A DNA stretch of 64,000 nt from Octopus sinensis (lineage: Eukaryota): the NCBI RefSeq assembly GCF_006345805.1, contig NC_043003.1, positions 87,048,001 to 87,112,000 on the forward strand. The letters run 5' to 3'. The first letter of the stretch is position 1. Every line of letters starts with the position of its first letter. Below the pieces are notes generated by a model. The model was not told the DNA's origin. It saw only the letters and a list, made by a program, of their open reading frames with translations, and did not search any database. The translations under genes were made by a program, and so were the position numbers. This document shows, piece after piece, positions 63,706-64,000 of the stretch.

Positions 63706-64000
63706 AGTTATAATACAAGTGCTGACGTGGCGGATGTGAGATGGCTTTTGGCCCCTTGGGCCCAGTTGTGCCCGCTGCTCTGATTGGTTGGTTTTGGTGC
63801 AGTTTAACTCTTGTTTTATTTCGCGCCAATGTGCAAACCAAACAATCGCAGCCTTCTGATGAGGTCCCGTGACACAGTCTTCGAGGTTCTCTTCTGGAGC
63901 CCACTAATCTCTTTAAAAGCTAGATCAACAAACCGTAATTCGGCCTTTTAGCAGATATCTATCGCAACTGGCAACATGACGGGAGAATTCCTAATTCTGC

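Noticed and set aside
63850-63885. Hammerhead start CTGATGAGGTCCCGTGAC
   Set aside because: No GAAA follows stem II; at best a broken remnant.

Overview
AT-rich, microsatellite-dense animal genomic DNA. The tRNA-derived SINE families suggest an octopus (coleoid cephalopod) genome; this is inference, not a database result. No intact host protein-coding gene can be supported, and nearly all ORF-track entries are microsatellite or transposon translations. The window is a mosaic of three tRNA-headed SINE families, non-autonomous Helitrons, decayed DNA transposons (a near full-length hAT, mariner, pogo, MITEs), LINE fragments (Tx1/L1, R4/Dong-like, RTE, CR1-like), Penelope-like element (PLE) remnants with hammerhead ribozyme motifs, a 52-bp satellite and two possible highly decayed LRR/Toll-like pseudogenes. 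The most striking signal is a ~2.6 kb inverted repeat at ~17450-20065. Its arms have diverged almost only by changes that give G-U wobble pairs on the + strand transcript: 36 G-U against 2 mismatches in two hand-aligned blocks totalling 120 nt. It is a candidate long hairpin-RNA (hpRNA/endo-siRNA-like) gene.
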